A stretch of 64,000 nucleotides of DNA from Trichoplax adhaerens (Eukaryota > Animalia > Placozoa), in contig NW_002060963.1 in NCBI RefSeq assembly GCF_000150275.1, positions 653,262-717,261 on the forward strand. The letters run 5' to 3'. This document shows positions 25,901 to 37,892 of the stretch, in pieces. Positions within the stretch are counted from its first letter, which is position 1, and every line of letters starts with the position of its first letter. A model generated the notes under the pieces. The model did not search any database. It worked only from the letters and a program-made list of their open reading frames with translations, and was not told the DNA's origin. Position numbers and translations under genes: made by a program.

Positions 25901-27830
25901 TACCTTTTGTTACAGTGTTACTTTTATTAAAAGATATTTAACATTTTATGGTCGATGTACTGAGTTGACTATAGGCGACATTTATATCCATATTCTAGCT
26001 CTGATGATGCTGACGTTCCATGCAAGAAGAGTAACGATGAAGATGAAGAAAATGGGATGTCTGACGAAGAAAGTAATACTTCTGAAGATGAAGAAGACCA
26101 GGAAGAAAGAAAGGAAAGAATAAAAGAAACAATGCAAGAAATTGCTGATATAACTTCCATCATCAATCTTAGACCTTTAGGTCGAGATAGAAGCTTTAGA
26201 CGTTATTGGGTCTTCAAAACCTTTCCAGGACTAGTAGTAGAAGACGATGAAAGAGAAAATGGTATCTTGAAAATATACGTAATTTTATTTATGTTTCTAA
26301 ATTGTATTATATGTATTAGCGTTTCATTAAAGTGAATGCGTACAAGATTCCTTTACATTCACTACTATTGACATCTGCTATAGAACTGTACTGTATAATA
26401 AATATAATTTGTAAAATTTTTTATAGATACTGTAAGAGTTGACGAGGTTATTCGAAAGGCAGAAAATATTCAAGCTGCAGAAATAACTGAAACGATTGAA
26501 ACTGATAGTAAAATGGAAGCTGTAAAGAGAGAACCCGGAATTCTCGATAATGACAGCAGCGAATTAAAAGTGGGCAGTGATAATAACCCTCCTATTGTTG
26601 GAGATCATGAAATGGTAGTAAAGAATGACAATTCACAGTCAGAAACTGCATCATCTATGATAAATATATCTATAGATCCTTACTATGAAAACGGTAAAAG
26701 ACTTTATTGGTCATACTACAAGACCGTGAAAGATCTTGATAATTTGATTAACGCACTGAATTCACGAGGTCACCGCGAGCGAGCATTAAAGAAAGTTTTA
26801 CAGCGTGAATATGTATCCTTACAAAATTCTTTACAGTTATCCAGTGAAAGTAAGACTTGTACAGAAAATAAAAAATCCCGTTTATCACACGTTCAAGAAG
26901 AGAATGTTGATGCTGAAAGTTTTATGTTGGATGCATTACGAGAAGAAGTGTTAGATTTAGAGTGTCGTTTATGGGAAGGTGGTTTAGGTGGAATTGACGG
27001 TGAATGGCGTGATGATTGGCGAGAAAAGATAGAAGAGTTGGAGATTTCAGATATGATGAAACAAAGTGCTAATGGCGATGACAGTATAGCAAATGGATGC
27101 AGTGATAGCGGAATTCAACCCGATAAACCTCTTAATACTTCAGGAAATAGAGTGAATCATGGAGCAGCCAACAGTATTTCATCTAATACTGGCTTAGGCT
27201 CATCAGAAAATATCAACATGAATCCAATTGTTAAACAATTCGCTGAAAGTTTATTGCAAATAGAAGCCAGTATACAACGAAAATACCTTAAGTCACCGCT
27301 TGGAATGGATCCGAAAAAAGTTAAAAAAGAAGATACTCGAAATGATGATAACAGCGATCGTGATAGCTCTGAGGAAGATCGAAACGTGCCTCGTAAAACT
27401 AATTTAGAAAGATGGCAAGAATCCTTGTCTTTGACTACTAACTTGTCGCAAATTTTTATATATTTGGCGACTTTAGACAAGTCTGTTGTTTGGAGTAAAT
27501 CGATTTTGAACGCCAGATGCCGAATATGTAGGCGTAAGGGTGATGCAGAATTAATGCTGTTATGTGACGAATGCGATCGAGGACACCATACGTACTGTTT
27601 ACGTCCACCATTGAACTCCATCCCTGCCGGAAATTGGTATTGTCCTGATTGCAAACCTCGCAAGCAGGTGCGAAAGCAAAGATCTACTAAAGCAAAGAAT
27701 GTTTCTTATCACGAAAGTGAAAGCGAAGATGAAGTAGAGAGTGAAGACAATGAAGAAGATGACGAAGAGGATGAAAGTGAAGAAGAAGAGGAAGAAGAAG
27801 AAGAAGAGGAAGAAGAAGAAGAAGTGGAAG

Positions 27831-27862
<32 letters not shown>

Positions 27863-28626
27863 GTAGAAGAATTAGATGAAGAAGATGAAAGTGAAGAATC
27901 AAGTGACGAATATCAGGAATCACAGGATGATGATAAAGACCTGTCAATCAGAGTTAATAAGAGTAATAAAAGAAATCTACGTAGTCGCAGTAAGATTGAA
28001 TCTCAAAGAAAACGAACGAGACGCTCGGGCAGTGTTTCATCGTCAAATTCTTCGAATCAGCGATACAATTTCCGAAGAAAAAAAGAAAAGGAAAACCAGA
28101 ATCCGGTGCTCCGTGCTGGAGCCAAAAGATCAGCATCATTTTCTGAAGGTAGTAGACTTAGTACTGAATTAAAAAAGTGCCATGAATTAATTAAAGATTT
28201 AGAAGAGCATCGAGACAGTTGGCCATTTTTGCAACCTGTAGATAAGAATAAGGTTAGTATCATTGTAAACAACGATTATTGCTGTAGCAATATGAAGTAT
28301 ATTATAGTATGATATATTGATACAGCATTGATTTAATATATCAGGTGCCAGACTATTACGAAATTGTTAAGAATCCGATGGACTTTCAAACTATCAAGAA
28401 AAAGCTTAGTAGCATACGCTACAAAGACCCTCGAGAGTTTGCTACTGACGTTCGTTTAGTATTTATAAATTGTGCTGAATATAATAATCCACGATCTAGA
28501 GAGGCACGAGCTGGAAATAGATTATCTATGTTTTATGAGACTAAGTTAAGTAAACTTGGATTAGATAAAGCTTACACGCCTGACGAATACTATAAATCTA
28601 CAAGTAAACGTAAGCGAAAGTACTAG
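19916..28626 (+). CDS. BAZ1A: Bromodomain adjacent to zinc finger domain 1A (ACF1), ISWI chromatin-remodelling subunit
   Basis: Exon 1 MPLLRRTQFIPNQPPDDLRRTEEVFRCRYTNELFRSYE spliced to AYFNRTILCNSMVWTCEYTGRSNLTYKEALKSE (WAC domain). DDT domain (FGKAVMVLEFLNSF), WHIM motifs (LGRDRSFRRYWVF; LINALNSRGHRERAL), PHD finger (CRICRRKGDAELMLLCDECDRGHHTYCLRPPL...WYCPDC), bromodomain (SWPFLQPVD...PDYYEIVKNPMDF...FINCAEYN), stop at 28624-28626. Confidence 0.95.
27716..27935 (+). repeat. Coding (GAA/GAG/GAT)n tract encoding a poly-Glu/Asp acidic region of BAZ1A
   Basis: Long GAA-rich trinucleotide run in frame between the PHD finger and the bromodomain. Confidence 0.9.
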
Positions 28627-30568
28627 ATAGGTGTCCCTTATTGATATTACATTGGACGTTTATTTGATTTGACGGAAGTGATCATCGATTAGTTCTAGCT
28701 ATTCACGAACACAGTCAGTAATATTTCATCCGGTGCCTGTATAATGTAATTTAAGACGGCGTTCTGTCAATTTTAATATACGGTATTACCGCTATTACAG
28801 AATTCACTTGCCGTTTTCTTTCATAATATTATGTTAGTAAGGCCCTAAATCAAAATTTGATAAATTTTGTGCAAACTTACAAGGAGCGGTTCGTAAAAAA
28901 GCTTGTATGCTATGTAAACCATTTCAAAGGAAAGTATAATCTGTAAATAACATTTCTTATCTACCGTAATTTGTTTAACATCAGGCTTGTTGTGACAATG
29001 TAATTTTTGGTCAACATCTACTTTTATTGCTGATGATTACTTTGATGAGTAAGAGCTATTCTAGTATTACAAATCGTACATATCGGGATGTATACCGTTA
29101 CCAATAGCCTGATGTTTTGTAGTCCATATTGTCTCTGTTATTTTAATTAAGCTGTTACGATGGAAGAAAATTTGTATCAATTTAAAGTATTCAATAGTAT
29201 CTTTACTATTCAACGTATCAAAAATAAGTTTGATATAAAGATAATGGAGATGATACGATGCTCTTATGGAAATCACTCAATTAGATGGATTTTAACATGC
29301 TGCGAGTCTATGCAGTTAATGAAATTTATAATACGATCTTCTGAGTATTTGTATATTGTAATTATATATTGTTTATGTTAAATTTCTTCCATATGTATTA
29401 TTTCCGAAGTTGATTTTAATCATTGAAAGTATCTTAAATTATAATTCTCATTTGTTTGGCGCAACTTGTGAGCGATTTTTTTCGGGTCAAGTCCAGGAAG
29501 TATCATATATTACCGTTTATCATCAATGTTGTACTACGACAATGCATTCATGTACACTTGCGTTATGGTTACGGTAATAGATCTCTTTCATTAATCTTTG
29601 TATAATATATGCAATGAAAGCTTCATTAAAAGACAGCGTTGATATTATCTCTTTGAGAGGCAGCGACTAGTGTTCTTGAGAATGATTACTCCATTGACGG
29701 ATAAAAATTCCTATATCTATAAATTAAGGTACTTGTATCGACTTCAATACTTTGACCTTATGTCCTGCCTAGAAATGCCGGATTAGATGTTACATGTTAC
29801 GTAAGATCATAGAAACCTGATAGCCTTTCATAATGATGTATCAAATGTACTTGGAAAGGAGCAATGTTGTTTACATGCAGGGTTTGACTTGATATAAATG
29901 ACTACCACGTATAAGAGCACAGACAACTTGTCTGATAGTAGCTTTGGTTGATAAAAATTACCGTGGCATTTATGGGCGAGCATGTACTGTAATCTTATGA
30001 GACAACAAGGTACAGTGATTCGACAATGTCGATATTCTCGAATTACAGTTCTGGTTACAATTGAAAAACTTTCGATGTTTTATTAACCAAAATCGAATTA
30101 TTATTATATCTTAGTCATAATTAGCAACAGGTATAGAGCCTGTAAGATTTGTTGCATACCGATATATAATAGTCTGTCATGATTCTATAGCGATCAAAAG
30201 AACTGTTGTTATAACATACAGTAATAGGAAGAATGAGAGCTAACTCATAAAATTCTTATTTAAAAATTTGTTCGAAAGAATTCTGTAGTTAATATAACTT
30301 TAGCGAAGAAAATTCATTTAAATGGGAGATTTTTAGTGAAGAAACCTATAGATCAGCTCATTGTAAATAACAACGAACTACAAATGCACGGTATTGGTTG
30401 CAAAGTCCACTTAAACCGACCATAAATCTTTAATTTACTATACAGACGTGATCAATTCGTTACAGTACTTGCTGTGTAATATATAATAAATTTAAATATG
30501 TTTGTAAGTATCAGTCAATTAACATTTTCTAATCGGATAATTCTTATATTTAAATCATAGCACAATGA

Positions 30569-32245
30569 TCATCCTTTATTCATTCGATTACCCCATCCAC
30601 GTTTATGATTATCTTTCCAGTCGTCCCACTTTCTTGCCTTTTGAAGCGCCTCTTCATCATCACTATCTTCATTGTCTTCCTCTTCTTCATCGTTACCGCT
30701 CTTATTTGATTTCTTAGTTTGTAATGCTATAGTCCAAAATAAATTTACATGGCAAGTTAATATAAAAATATCTTTTTGACATAAAAATGTAAATCAAGGA
30801 CAAAAAGCGTCATTTTGTGCAATAACGTGTAGGCAACAAAGCCATGACAGCGGCGACAAACTGAAAGTATAGCACTACAAGATGCAAATATACACGCACT
30901 GTCAAGTCGCATATCATGAGTTTATTATATAGCTTTGATAAGACTTGTATAAATATCTACTTAAATAATTTAGCATCATCATGTTGCATGTTACTACCCC
31001 TTACATTTGTCATATTCTAAGACGACTTTCCCTTCACGTATTTCTTTTTCCAGATATTCTTCTGGACTCATGGTAGGGAGGCTAGGATAGCCAGCTCCAA
31101 ATACTTTATTCTTGATCATTTCACGTGTAATTACAATAGGTTTATTTGGTATTGGCCTTTTCTTATCCAAGTTTTCTATGTATTAAACAAAAATTTGAAT
31201 ACAATTTTTTGGTATACTCGCTAGAATTAGCAAATGTAAGTTGAAAGTCTGTTATACGAGTATTTACCGAAATAGTAATCTAGGCTATTTTACTGTATAA
31301 CCGACTATTGAAGAAAAATTTATCCTACTCTGTATTCAACATTGAAAATATTTAGCTGTTGTATATAATTTAAAGCTACTGATATTAGAAATATCTCTAA
31401 AAGTAAGTTAAAAAAAGTACGGCTGGAGGGATGACATTTGATCAACCACTGCAACATCATTCGAGCATACGAGTGTATACTCGTATGCTCGTATGACTGA
31501 GAAGACGGTTTATTCTACCTGTGATTGGATCTTTTCCGTCTTTCTTCATCTTAATCATGTGTTGTAATATTTTCATTTCTGATTGTATTGAGTCGAGTTG
31601 ATCTAAGCTCTTATTAATCCAGCTTTGAATTTGAAGAATTCTATGTTGACGTATAGTCTCTTCGTCTAACGGATATTTGTCTTGTTGCATTAATTTCTCG
31701 ATTATTTTCATTTTCTTCTCCTGTTCTTGAAGTTGTTGGTAACGCTCAATCTTTGCTTGTCGTGTCTTTGTATCTTTATTATATTGTGCCATGGCCAATT
31801 GCTTGCTATTGAGTTGGTCATCTGATGGTAATGGATCGTCTTTGTTGCTGTCTTGCATGTCATTTCCTTCATAAAGATTGTAATCTCGGCATAACTGTAA
31901 GTAACCATCAATGTGGGTTTTGGCATTGTGAATGGCTTGCAATCGATGATGGGGAAGGTTCGAATTTTGCAATTTAAGATTTAAATCGGCTAGTAAAGCA
32001 TTGACTATAAAATAACCTAATTGAACTGTTGTTACATCATCAATCACTTCATTCCTACTAAATAGTCCAAGCTGATTGATCACACCAGCCACCTTGTGTA
32101 AATCATTTATGCAATCGGCTACCATTTGTTGATACTCTGAGCTGCTACTGGATAAGCCCGTTGTTTCTATCTCCTGATGTAGCCGTGTTGCATTGGTATA
32201 AATTTCCACTAAATGTTGGCTATCGTCATTGCAATGAGCTGCCAT
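30569..32245 (-). CDS. IGBP1: Immunoglobulin-binding protein 1 / alpha4 / TAP42-like PP2A regulator, 3 exons
   Basis: Exons 31519-32245, ~31006-31175, 30569-~30726. Motifs LGLFSRNEVIDDVTT, RQAKIERY, KVFGAGYPSLPTMS, KARKWDDWKDNHKRGWGNRMNKG-stop are typical of the TAP42/alpha4 family. Confidence 0.93.
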
Positions 32246-33472
32246 GGCTGTCGCAATACTACTGCTGTCACCACCGTTTCAAAGATTTCACAAGAGTAGC
32301 CTAGCGTTTGTGCAAGATGTTGCAAATTAAAAGCAAAAAAAAGTCTTCTCAGCAACTTTTGCTTTCCAAGGCAACGAATAGTAATCGAAGCATAGTACGG
32401 TACGGACGGTACAGACGTTGTATAGCTGTCTTTTTATTTTCGTGGACCTCTGCTGTACACTGTACAGTGTACAGTACAAGTACACTTGTACACAATGTAC
32501 AGTACTGTAGACTCATGACTCTCGGACAGGCGGACTTCCCTTACCATATGAAGCCGTTACTATGGAAAAATGACTACTGCACTTAGTATGGATCTTCCAT
32601 GCTCTGTTTCTAAATCACTGGTACTAATTGAATTCGCGTTTAGGATCTTATGGAACTATTTTCAAGCAGAGCTTTGTAACAGATAATAAGATTTAAGATT
32701 TAATGGGATATCACTTCGTTTAGAAAACATCAGCCAATTCAAAATCGACCGTGTGCATACTAAAGTAGTGTCATAACGAAGTGTTTGGCACAATATTTGG
32801 AGGAGATGAGGCCTTCAAGGTCTGTCGTCTGTCCGCCCGAAAGTGACCAGTCTTGGTCTTCTTCTACAGTACAGTACTACCACTAGACCTGCAACTCCTT
32901 TATGGACTGATTTTTTTCTACATTAAGTAATATGACATTGCATTCCATTGCCTGTCACTAAGCTCTGCTTAGAAGCAGTCAATTTAGATCATCAATATTA
33001 TTCAAATTAATACCAGTGATTTCAAAAACAGACACGGAAAGATGTGTACTGACTGTGAGTAACTATTTTTCGGCATTTTCAGCTCTACCTGGTAGGAAAA
33101 GTCCGTCCATCCTGTAGTCACGACTCCAGTACAGTACATCGTTTCAAAGCCCAACTGCAGTAGTATGGTACTGTAATGAACAATGGCAACAGCGTTGATA
33201 CAGTACTAGTACACATTCACCGTCATAGTAATGGAGGATTTTTCCCTTCATGGCGAGCTTGGTCTGTACGTCTGTACCGTACGTACCGTACGTTCTTGGA
33301 AACAGAAAAGCCTGCATACAGTACAGTCGATGGCCTTCTATACTATAGGACTAGTGCTGGCAAGCAAGTTGGAAAGCGCTGCTCTTCTTTTGTCGACTCA
33401 TCTTGCTGTGGCAAAAAAGAAAGTCCTTTTCTCTTTTCTAGGGATCGAAGTTATTCAAAGTAGATAGCAAGG

Positions 33473-36428
33473 ATGAGCTCTATTGGTACAGGAGTAAGTT
33501 ATGTTCTTCTTGTATTGGAAAATATTGGAATGATTCAATTGATGGATACATTTTCTCAATTGCGCCATCTTATCAGTTGGTTTTATGAATCGTCGTCATA
33601 GTTTTAGCAGAAGTATGGAAGGCACAGTAAAGGGAGAGAGGGGCTCAGTAACGACGATGTTGAATATGGATACTGAAGAGGCGACGTCTATTTGAGTGTA
33701 GTATCATTCAATGGGTACATGCTATACAGTATAATCTAGCCTAGTTATATGTGTTAACCTTCGGATCGATCGATGTTTTACGTAACTTGCACAGCAATAT
33801 TCAACTTGTATTCGATATTGTGCAGTAGTTGAATTTCTACATCAAGAATGGTCACCCTGACATCATTTTTGTCATCAACGACCGCAGGAGTGATGGAGAA
33901 ATTTTATAGTTTATGGAGAGTTTGGTCCTACTTTAGCGGACATTGTAATTATTTCTAGCAATTAGTATACTTTATTCAATGGAGAGTAAACTAGTTTTAT
34001 TCCAGAATTCATGACATGTACAACATACGGGTAGTCGGTTAGTATTCACCATAAACTCAATCATATCGATTCATACAGCGTTTTATTAAATTGAAAATTT
34101 CTCTTCTATTACTTTCTTTGTAGCGCTGCTACTATAGACAAACTCATACTTATTGATACGCTTAAATCTTAAGCTATACTATATTCAAGTAGTCATATTC
34201 TTTCAAAATTCTGCAATACACATGTACTTGTCAAAAAGAGAAAGTCTTGAATGTAGTTTGGTAGTGCAGAATAATGATGTAAGCTTGGAGTACAACCTAC
34301 AATTTTATTCATTATGAGAACTTATTCATGAATTCTCAGTGGCAAGGTCTGCTGTAACTTGGCTGTATTATATATATACTGTCTCATCTTGACAACTAGA
34401 TTGTGGTCAAGCATAGTTGATGACAAAGTGTATACTGTACGGTACATACACATAGATCGCTGAATAGTGCTAGAATGCTATGATTTATCTTGATCATGAA
34501 GTTACTTAAGTATATTACGTCGTTATTCCACAAATTGCAGCTTTGAATTATTTGAAACCCTAAAGACCTATCTAAACCATGGATTGTAATTTTGCCACCG
34601 TTGTCTTTGTTACATCTTGTTACGTATTCAACATTGATAGTAGCCGTAATGATCATACTTGTTATTTTCAGTACGATCTTTCCGCTTCTCAATTCTCACC
34701 AGATGGCAGGGTATTTCAAGTTGAATACGCAGCTAAAGCAGTGGAAAGTAGCGGGTAATACTTTATATACTGTTTAAGGATACCGTAAAAATTATCGGTC
34801 GTATTATCTATGCTTACAATAATTTGGATTCCTATGCTAGGTCAATTATAGCGATTCGATGCAAAGACGGTGTCGTCATCGGTGTAGAAAAGATATTATC
34901 TTCCAGATTACACGAAAAATCCAGCAATCAAAAGATTTACAACGTTGATCGACATGTTGGGATGGTAAGTTATTTTCGTCGTGGATAAATGTTTATGAAT
35001 TAATTTTAACTCTTTCTGTACTCTATGGCGTTTACATGCCATAGTAGTATTGAACTCTTTTTTAAGTAATACACGCTTTACAGTGAAGTAAGTTCGGTTG
35101 TCATTTCTTATTTAGGGATTTGCAGGTATTCAAGCGGATGGTAGAAAGGTAAGGATTTAATTATCTTCTTAACTTGACTCTTTTTCTAAATGGTTTTTCA
35201 CTGTAATCATATTGATGCATTTATTGAAAAGGTTGTAAGTATCGCTCGTGATGAAGCTTCTGAGTATAGGCAAAATTATGGTTCAGATGTTCCCTTAAAG
35301 GTAGGTAACTTATGATGGTAGTATTATCCTGCTTTATAGCTGTAATGAACTATTTTTTAATTTTGCTATTAGCAATTGGTTAACCGAGTTGCAAGCTACA
35401 TCCACGCATACACGTTATATAGTTCTGTTCGTCCTTTTGGCGTTAGGTTAGTTAATTATCAACTGATAAGAGCGTTGTAACCATTGTGCTGACATTTCAA
35501 CAAATACGATATAATATTTTACATTTAGTGCCGTACTGGCATCGTATAGTGAAGCGTATGGCCCAGAACTGTATATGATCGAACCATCCGGATTATATTG
35601 GGTAAATTCCAAATTGGCGATCCTTACAGTAGCATTTTACGTTGATCCTATTGCCTTATTTACTATATACTTAATGCCTAAGTATGTAATCGCTATTTTA
35701 TCTTAGGGCTATCGTGCCTGTGCTGCAGGAAAAGCCAAGCAAGCAGTGAAAACGGAGCTAGAGAAAATTAAGGTACAACAATACTTGCATACATATTGTA
35801 GTACACTGATAAATTATATATCGCTTTCACGCCCTCGATTGATTGATTTTCTTATTGCCGTCAGCTATAATATTGACATTCTTTATTGAAGTCGATTCAC
35901 TGCACTAGTAATGATTCTATTTTATATCACCATCTATTTCATAGGCTAACGATATGACATGTGAAGAAATAGTTAAAGAAATAGCTAGAATGTATCCTGC
36001 AGTAAAATCAGAATTATGGTATTAAATTACATAATATATTGTTCTATAATATTGAACTTAACTTCATGTAGTATTTATGTTGTCCACGATGAAATTAAAG
36101 ACAAACTCTTTGAATTAGAGTTAAGTTGGGTATGCAAAGGTTTGTTAATTGCTAACTGCTTCATTTTTGACTGTTTGAAAGTGAGCATCAGCTAATTTTT
36201 TTATTCAAATTTGCTAGCTACTAACGGTGAACATCAGCTAGTACCTGCAGATATCGCTAGTGAGGCTATCAGGCTAGCTAAGGTAAGAAATATTGTGTTA
36301 ATATAATGCAATACTAAGTTTGCCAACGTTATTGGATAAACTATCTTTTGTTCTCTGTGATCAATAACTTTTAATTTTAAAAATATTTCCAGCATGCCAT
36401 GGAAGAGGATCTTGACGATGACGATTAA
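33473..36428 (+). CDS. PSMA3: Proteasome subunit alpha type-3 (alpha7)
   Basis: 7-codon first exon MSSIGTG spliced to [28 protein letters not shown]; then [78 protein letters not shown], and an acidic tail EEDLDDDD-stop. Confidence 0.96.
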
Positions 36429-37440
36429 TAACTAACTGATGACTATTAAATGCAATCAAACCGAGTTCGATAGTTCTATATTATATTGCATCTTTCATAT
36501 TAATAAGTGTAAAGATTTGTAATACCTAGCACATTGACATGTCTTAACCTTTGATTTCTGTACTATCATTTAAATGTATATGTGGCCTTTGAGTTCCATA
36601 AACGTTGGTATAAACTTGGAACGTCATATTGTATCTAACTGTTCATCTCGATCACTTTTGCGTATTTCCTCAGTTTCGAATAAATTATGTTTTTATGATA
36701 CCTGGTTCGTGTTTATTGTGGCCAACTCGCCATACATTGTCACCACTGCTGTCTCACTACTCCAAGCCTATGTACTGCCGACACAAGTGAATCATTTCAG
36801 TTTGTAGCCGGGCTTTATTTGCCTATCAAACATATTATGTGTGTATACGGGTATGCTATACAGCTACAGTACGATATTGCACGTCATCTGAAAGTGGAAA
36901 ATAAAATTAGATCTATAATATAATGCATAGTTATCAGCTACACGGTATGCTCTACCGTACTGTCATGATCGCCTATTTTTGGAATGCATTGGTGTAAAAG
37001 CAGTAATTTACAGTAAGCTCAAATACTATCAAAAGTAGCCTTTAGCGTATTAGATTACCCTTGCCTTACAAACTCATCTATATATATTACAGTATAACTA
37101 AATTAGTTGAAACCTAGACCATCGATTTACGGGACTTTTCTCTTCATAAACGAGACCAGTGTGGTCACGAATGAGCTACCACGGGGTAAAAAATAAACTA
37201 AAATTTTTCCACCATTTGCAATCTCTAGCTGTTACGTTGATTTTGTACAGTATGGCACACTCTTAATGCACGATTTCAATATTACCATGGACTACTACTA
37301 GAATGACCAGAAAATTGATCAGGCTGCTGCCCATTTTGGCTTGGTCACCTCAGTGTACATGGACACACTACAGTATATTGTACTGTGTCCTGGACTTCCG
37401 TACTGTACAGTACTGTATTTACCGCAGTACAGTACGTAGT

Positions 37441-37640
37441 ACAGTAGCTACAGTACTTGGTAGGCTAGTGCAGGAACAGACGCGTCAGAAGGTCATCTTT
37501 GTCATCTCCCATTTTCAAGACCGCCATTAGCCTGCAGTTTTTTTCTTCTATTCACTCTGCTCAAGGTTCCATTGAAAGCCAGCAAGATGATGGAAAGAAT
37601 AACTCATTCGTTAAAGAGCAAATGCTATAGACTGATATAA
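37441..37640 (+). pseudogene. Partial upstream duplicate of the ATG3 promoter/5'UTR and first ~11 codons (frameshifted)
   Basis: Closely matches ~37717-37940. Reads MMERITHSLKS, then an extra A shifts the frame to KCYRLI-stop; an A15 run follows at ~37650-37664. Confidence 0.85.
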
Positions 37641-37759
37641 AATTTGTCCAAAAAAAAAAAAAAATTTAATCTATCTGTTTGCACCAAAATCATAGAAATT
37701 AGCCCGTCCACATTGTACAGTAACTACAGTACTTGGTAGCCTAGTACAAGCCTAACCAC

Positions 37760-37783
37760 GTCACCTGACTCGGGTCACGTGAC
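37760..37783. promoter_or_regulatory. Tandem CLEAR/E-box motifs (putative TFEB/MITF sites) in the ATG3 promoter
   Basis: GTCACCTGAC at 37760-37769 and the perfect palindrome GTCACGTGAC at 37774-37783, about 110 bp upstream of the ATG3 start codon. Confidence 0.65.
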
Positions 37784-37892
37784 TCTTGTCAGAAGGCCAT
37801 CTTTGTCATCTTCTATTTTCAAGACCGCCATTAGCCTGCAGTTTTTTTTTCTTCTTTTCACTCTGCTCAAGGCTCCATTGAAAGTCAGCAAG

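Noticed and set aside
27157-28272. Antisense and alternative-frame ORFs over the BAZ1A large exon, including a poly-Leu ORF
   Set aside because: Shadow frames of the real coding sequence and its GAA repeat.
37779-37892. N-terminal extension of ATG3 from an upstream GTG
   Set aside because: Non-ATG start overlapping the promoter E-box; similarity to ATG3 begins at the ATG at 37893/37896.
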